Shown: piece by piece, positions 44,698 to 49,215 of the stretch
Numbering within the stretch: position 1 is the first letter of the stretch
Layout of the letters: every line of letters begins with the position of its first letter
Assembly: GCA_964482355.1 (NCBI GenBank)
Contig: CAYZXF010000202.1
Coordinates: 1 to 49,215, forward strand
DNA from: an uncultured Anaerolineaceae bacterium
Lineage (GTDB): Bacteria; Chloroflexota; Anaerolineae; Anaerolineales; E44-bin32
Direction: 5' to 3'
DNA length: 49,215 nucleotides
The notes under the pieces: model-generated
What the model was told of the DNA's origin: nothing
What the model saw: only the letters and a program-made list of their open reading frames with translations
Databases searched by the model: none
Translations under genes and position numbers: made by a program

Positions 44698-44794
44698 CCT
44701 GCATTCCGCATTGCGGTCCGCCCCCATACTGTTCATCCTTCTCTTATGAACCTGTGATATTTTCACCCGGTTCTACCGTATCAGGAGCATTCAC

Positions 44795-46066
44795 ATGAAA
44801 TCCAATGCCACGAAAATTCTGCTTGTGCTCGCCGTTGCAGTCGGATTGACTGGAATCGCGTTTACCTCCGGGGTCGCGCTCGGTTACGTGGCTCCACGAA
44901 TTACTGCTTTCTCGGGCGAAGCGCCTCCAATCGAATTCTCAATCCCGCAAATCGTTACCCGGGACGACGTCACACCTGAAGTCCAGGGAGATCGCGACGA
45001 TCTGATTGCGCCTTTCTGGGAAGCCTGGGAGATCTTACAAGACGACTACGTCGACCAGCCGTTAGATAGCGAGACCCTGATGCGCGGCGCGATCCGCGGC
45101 CTGGTGGATTCGCTTGAAGATCCCCACACTTCCTACATGGATCCCGATCAATTTCTCCAGGCGAATTTACCTTTGAACGGTGAGTACGAGGGAATCGGCG
45201 CTTGGGTGGATTCGGAAGCCGAGTTCCTGACCATCATTTCCACCATGCCGGGCTCGCCGGCCGAGGCCGCCGGGCTGCAGTCTGGAGATCAGGTCATTGG
45301 TGTCAACGGAGATGACGTAATTGGGCTGGATCCCAGCCTTGTCATTCGTCAAGTGTTAGGCCCTGCGGGAACCCCGGTCGTTTTAACCATCCGAAGAGAA
45401 GAGGTTCCGGAACCATTCGATGTTGAAATCATCCGAGACAAGATCGACCTGCCGAGCGTGGAAAGCGAAATACTTGACGACAATATCGCCTATGTGCGTC
45501 TCTTTTCATTCGGTGCGGATACTGCGAGTGATTTAAGCCGGGCGCTTAGAGATCTGTTGCGTGACGATCCGAAGGGCCTAATACTTGATTTGCGCGGGAA
45601 TGGTGGAGGCTTCTTGAATTCCTCGGTTGATGTCGCCTCAGAATTCCTTTCAGATGGCGTCGTCCTAATCGAACGGTTTGGTGATGGCGAAGAGACCATC
45701 TACCAGGTTAGATCTGGTGGAAGAGCCACGGACATCGAGCTGGTTGTATTGGTCAATGGGGGCACGGCCTCGGCCTCTGAGATCGTGGCCGGCGCGATCC
45801 AAGACCACGGCCGTGGTCTGCTGGTGGGCGAAACTACCTTCGGAAAGGGCTCCGTACAGAATTGGGTGGAACTCGCCGATAGCAAAGGCGCGGTCCGTGT
45901 CACAATTGCGCGTTGGTATACTCCAGAAGACCGGCTAATCCACGGCATCGGTCTGAGTCCCGACATCGAGGTGCTGATTCCTGAATCTGGCCTCGAAGAA
46001 GGCGAAGATCCGCAGCTGGACGAAGCCATCAAGCTTCTGTTGGGCGAGTCAGTCCAGAACCGCTAA
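44795..46066 (+). CDS. ctpA: S41 carboxyl-terminal processing protease with a PDZ domain
   Basis: Signal anchor, PDZ (GSPAEAAGLQSGDQVIGVNG), DLRGNGGG, GGTASASEIVAGA and TFGKGSVQ. Confidence 0.85.
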   Translation: MKSNATKILLVLAVAVGLTGIAFTSGVALGYVAPRITAFSGEAPPIEFSIPQIVTRDDVTPEVQGDRDDLIAPFWEAWEILQDDYVDQPLDSETLMRGAIRGLVDSLEDPHTSYMDPDQFLQANLPLNGEYEGIGAWVDSEAEFLTIISTMPGSPAEAAGLQSGDQVIGVNGDDVIGLDPSLVIRQVLGPAGTPVVLTIRREEVPEPFDVEIIRDKIDLPSVESEILDDNIAYVRLFSFGADTASDLSRALRDLLRDDPKGLILDLRGNGGGFLNSSVDVASEFLSDGVVLIERFGDGEETIYQVRSGGRATDIELVVLVNGGTASASEIVAGAIQDHGRGLLVGETTFGKGSVQNWVELADSKGAVRVTIARWYTPEDRLIHGIGLSPDIEVLIPESGLEEGEDPQLDEAIKLLLGESVQNR

Positions 46067-46099
46067 GCTCCCCTAAAATCCCATAGAGAGGGGGTTCCC

Positions 46100-47452
46100 A
46101 TGGATCCCTCGCAAATTGAGTTCGCGCTGGCGCGCATCCGAACTGCGCTAGAAGCGGGCGAAGTTCAGGCTGCAATGGATACTCTCACCGACCTGCATCC
46201 GGTCGATCGGGCGGAAGCCTTTTCGGATCTAGATGACAGGGATCAGGCAGCGCTTTTGCCGCGTCTGGATCTGGAAGCAACCGCCGACCTCCTTGAGGAA
46301 CTAGAAGACGAGCAAGCCGCAGCAGTGGCAGAGAGATTTGACACGCAGCAGTTGGCTGACGTCCTCGACGAGATGGAGCCCGACGAAGCGGCGGACGTAC
46401 TGGGCGACCTTCCCGCGGCCCGTGCGGAACAGGCACTAGCGGAGATGGAAGAGGCCGAAAATGTACTCCCACTCCTGCCATTTGCCGATGAAACGGCCGG
46501 CGGACGGATGACGACCTCCTTCATCGCGCTTCCGACAGGATCCACAGCCTCGGGAGCAATCCAAATCCTGCGCCAGGTAGAGCCAAGTGCGGAGACGCCG
46601 TACTACCTTTATGTGGAGAATGAAACCGGCCGATTGATTGGGATTATCGGCTTGCGTGAGCTTGTAATCGCGGGTCCGGATACTAAAGTCGAAACAATCA
46701 TGGATCCAGAAGTGATCGTTGCGCGCACCGACGAGGATCAGGAGGACGTGGCCCTTCGTATGGCGCGCTATGATCTGGCCGCCCTACCAGTGGTAAATGA
46801 CCGAGGGGTCGTTGTGGGAGTGATCACCCATGATGATGTCCTGGATGTTATTGCGGAGGAGGCCACCGAAGACATGTACCGACTGGCTAATGTCGCCGAT
46901 CATGACCTATCGATTCACAGTCCGATCAGGTTGGCCATCCGAAAGCGCATTCCCTGGCTCTACTTGAGCGCGGTTACCGCGCTATTCGCGGCCTGGGTCG
47001 TATCAAGATTCGAATCGCTAATCGCGGAGGTAGCGATACTTGCGGTTTTTCTCTCGGTGGTGGCCGGCTTGGGAGGCAATATGGCAACACAGAGCCTGGC
47101 CATCATCGTTCGCGCGTTAGCGCTCGGCGAAATCGACCTACGTCAAGCATGGCGAACGGTGGTGAAGGAGAGTCTTACCGGCTTGATAGCAGGCTTGCTG
47201 GTCGGCACCGCAGTTGGTCTAGCCGTTTGGCTGTGGCAGGGGAACCTTGTGCTCGGCGCGGTTCTCGGGATAGCGCTGATTGGCAATATGCTGGTTGCCG
47301 GTTTCGTGGGCGCGCTGGTGCCCATCTCGCTCAAAGCTCTGAGAATGGATCCCGCACTGGCTTCGTCGGTCCTGGTAACAACGGTAACCGACAGCGTAGG
47401 CTTTGCGCTCTTTCTAGGCTTATCTGCCCTGGCGTTATCAAACCTCCAGTGA
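46100..47452 (+). CDS. mgtE: Magnesium transporter MgtE
   Basis: Acidic N-domain, CBS pair (IGIIGLRELV... VVGVITHDDVLDVI), and a TM domain with GLGGNMATQS and VTDSVGF. Confidence 0.9.
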   Translation: MDPSQIEFALARIRTALEAGEVQAAMDTLTDLHPVDRAEAFSDLDDRDQAALLPRLDLEATADLLEELEDEQAAAVAERFDTQQLADVLDEMEPDEAADVLGDLPAARAEQALAEMEEAENVLPLLPFADETAGGRMTTSFIALPTGSTASGAIQILRQVEPSAETPYYLYVENETGRLIGIIGLRELVIAGPDTKVETIMDPEVIVARTDEDQEDVALRMARYDLAALPVVNDRGVVVGVITHDDVLDVIAEEATEDMYRLANVADHDLSIHSPIRLAIRKRIPWLYLSAVTALFAAWVVSRFESLIAEVAILAVFLSVVAGLGGNMATQSLAIIVRALALGEIDLRQAWRTVVKESLTGLIAGLLVGTAVGLAVWLWQGNLVLGAVLGIALIGNMLVAGFVGALVPISLKALRMDPALASSVLVTTVTDSVGFALFLGLSALALSNLQ

Positions 47453-48105
47453 GAGTGCTCCAGGGCTTTTTGCGGATATTTTTCCGCCACTTCTATACGA
47501 GCTTAGCCTGGTCATATGACTTTGTAGCGAGCATCGTATCGGTTGGCCAGTGGGATGATTGGGTGTTATCGATCCTGGACCCCGCCCCAGCGCAACCCAT
47601 TCTTGAGATTGCGCATGGACCTGGCCATCTTCTTCATGAATTAACTCGACAACAGATAAAATCGTTCGGGGTCGATGCTTCACGTCAAATGTGTCGTATA
47701 GCTAGCCGCAGATTAAAACGAAATGGGTATGCGTCAACGGTGGTGCAGGCAAAGGCACAAGCGCTCCCTTTTCAGCAGGAGTCATTTGCAACCTTGTTCA
47801 GTACATTTCCTACCGAGTTCATCTTGGATCCAGCCTCGATGGCGGAAGCTCATCGAACCTTGCAGGCGGAAGGACAATATCGGATCGTACCCATGGCAGA
47901 AATCCGTGGTCCAGGATATTTTGACCGTGCTGCTAGTTGGCTATTTCGTGCAACCGGTCAGTACGCGGAAATTCCGGATTCATGGAGCCAGCCAATCGCC
48001 GAGGCAGGATTTGAGGTGCGCATGGAGGATGTCAACCTGAGCCGCTCAAGAGTAATCCGACTGATCGCGACCCGATCCAGTCGAATGGAAGGTCAAGTTG
48101 CCTAA
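47449..48105 (+). CDS. Class I SAM-dependent methyltransferase (Methyltransf_11-like)
   Basis: Motif I ILEIAHGPGHL and motif post-I FGVDAS. GTG 47449 overlaps the mgtE TGA (GTGA). The 100 upstream codons of the called ORF lie inside mgtE. Confidence 0.65.
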   Translation: MRVLQGFLRIFFRHFYTSLAWSYDFVASIVSVGQWDDWVLSILDPAPAQPILEIAHGPGHLLHELTRQQIKSFGVDASRQMCRIASRRLKRNGYASTVVQAKAQALPFQQESFATLFSTFPTEFILDPASMAEAHRTLQAEGQYRIVPMAEIRGPGYFDRAASWLFRATGQYAEIPDSWSQPIAEAGFEVRMEDVNLSRSRVIRLIATRSSRMEGQVA

Positions 48106-48883
48106 ATCCAGTCAACCCGGCGATCTTGCGATGCTGGTCGAAAACAAAGGCAAGCAATTCATCATCAAGCTCGATTCCAATCATCGACTCCAAACCCATC
48201 GAGGAGTGCTCAAGCACGAGGCCTTGATCGGCTTGCCCTGGGGCTCAACGGTGACGAGCCACCTCGGCAAGGACTTCTTGATGCTGGAGCCATCCCTGCG
48301 CGACATCCTGCTTCACACCAAGCGCCAATCTCAAATTATCTACCCCAAGGAGATCGGCTACATCTTGCTTCGGCTCTCCATTGGCCCTGGTGCGCGGGTA
48401 GTGGAATGTGGAACCGGATCAGGGGCTCTAACGACTGCTTTCGCCTGGGCGGTGGGATCGACAGGCGCGGTCTATTCCTATGATCGTCGAGAAGACATGC
48501 TGGAGCTGGCCACTCGCAATCTAGAGCGCATAGGTTTGCGGGAAATTGTCGAGCTAAAACATGTGGATATCGAGGCCGGCTTTGCGGAACGAGACGTAAG
48601 ATCCGTATTTCTGGATTTGCCGCATGCGCATCGATATCTGCGTCAGGCTCGTGAGGCTCTGGCGGACGGTGGGACGTTGGGTTTGATCCTGCCAACTGCT
48701 AATCAGGTCAGTCGGGTGCTGTCGGATCTTGAGCGTGCATCGTTCGGGCTACCCGAAGTATGTGAAATCCTGCTGCGATTTTATAAACCCAATCCGCAAC
48801 GTCTCCGCCCAGCCGATCGGATGGTCGGGCATACTGGGTATCTGCTGTTTGCGCGAGCAGTTATGGGCACGCCCGATGAATGA
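48098..48883 (+). CDS. trmI: tRNA (adenine58-N1)-methyltransferase TrmI/GCD14 family
   Basis: N-terminal beta domain (PGDLAMLVENKGKQFIIKL...THRGVLKHEALIG), QIIYPKE and VVECGTGSGALT. The TTG 48098 start is needed to include the conserved GD..L strand. Confidence 0.8.
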   Translation: MPKSSQPGDLAMLVENKGKQFIIKLDSNHRLQTHRGVLKHEALIGLPWGSTVTSHLGKDFLMLEPSLRDILLHTKRQSQIIYPKEIGYILLRLSIGPGARVVECGTGSGALTTAFAWAVGSTGAVYSYDRREDMLELATRNLERIGLREIVELKHVDIEAGFAERDVRSVFLDLPHAHRYLRQAREALADGGTLGLILPTANQVSRVLSDLERASFGLPEVCEILLRFYKPNPQRLRPADRMVGHTGYLLFARAVMGTPDE

Positions 48884-49215
48884 TCTAAGGGATCAACTGG
48901 AGCGATCCCTGAGCAAGTTAGAACCTAAAGCTGAGACGGAATGGGATGCGACGCCGGCCGCGGTCTTGATTCCTCTTTATCAAGAGGACGGCGATTGGAA
49001 ACTTCTCTATACCCGCCGAACCGATTCGGTGGACGTACATGCCGGACAGGTCTCATTCCCCGGCGGCCAGATTGAGGACGCCGATGTCTCGATCGTGGCG
49101 ACTGCGCTTCGGGAAGCCCAGGAGGAGATCGGGCTGAACCCGGAGGATGTGGAAACCCTCGGCCAACTCAATCCGCTTTTCACGGTTACGCAATTTTTGG
49201 TAACGCCGATTGTTG
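48876..49215 (+). CDS. Nudix hydrolase, CoA-pyrophosphatase-like (5' part, truncated by the window end)
   Basis: My translation from ATG 48876: MNDLRDQ...AAVLIPLYQEDGDWKLLYTRRTDSVDVHAGQVSFPGGQIEDADVSIVATALREAQEEIGL. It contains the Nudix box GX5EX7REAQEEIG. It overlaps the trmI stop by 8 nt. Confidence 0.75.
   Translation, partial: MNDLRDQLERSLSKLEPKAETEWDATPAAVLIPLYQEDGDWKLLYTRRTDSVDVHAGQVSFPGGQIEDADVSIVATALREAQEEIGLNPEDVETLGQLNPLFTVTQFLVTPIV

Noticed and set aside
47149-47448. 100-codon upstream extension of the SAM-methyltransferase ORF
   Set aside because: It lies inside the mgtE TM domain in another frame and is Arg/Gly-rich with no domain signature. GTG 47449 overlapping the mgtE stop is the natural start.

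Overview
Chromosomal, mostly housekeeping window from a moderately GC-rich bacterium. I call about 47 protein genes (two cut by the window edges) and two tRNAs. The tRNAs are tRNA-Sec and tRNA-Ser(GGA), and over-long ORF calls mask both of them. I see no rRNA, CRISPR array, transposase, integrase or obvious defence island. Gene order: UbiA prenyltransferase with two MoeA genes; M50/S2P protease; selC; PrsW-like protease; DedA; Roadblock/LC7 with a GT2 synthase; rsmA with a DUF348/G5/3D gene; LysM and TPR envelope proteins; rpsT; argS; a COG2403-type GTPase; a DNA methyltransferase; an OmpR-like regulator; an SIS/PfkB/M20 cluster; dinB; cca-hpt-tdk; rplU-rpmA-rpmE; rpoC without rpoB; a two-component cluster with an embedded sirtuin; mutL; ctpA; mgtE; trmI; and a Nudix gene. 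rpoC split from rpoB, Thr/Pro-rich linkers, the MoeA-PBP fusion and many GTG/TTG starts fit a Chloroflexota-like monoderm lineage, but that is inference only. The most unusual items are: (1) a textbook tRNA-Sec hidden inside a called ORF; (2) ribosomal protein L31 fused to an RNA-polymerase alpha-CTD-like helix-hairpin-helix domain; (3) a REC/pseudo-ParA regulator, a canonical sirtuin and a GAF histidine kinase in one overlapping operon, divergent from a giant sensor kinase; (4) a beta-class DNA methyltransferase with a C-terminal PKD domain, coupled to a GTPase downstream of argS; (5) three phased 10-bp direct repeats between dinB and a small Cys-rich ORF; (6) consensus promoters followed by terminator-like hairpins in the rpoC and response-regulator leaders. 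All functional calls rest on motifs read by eye. No database search was run.
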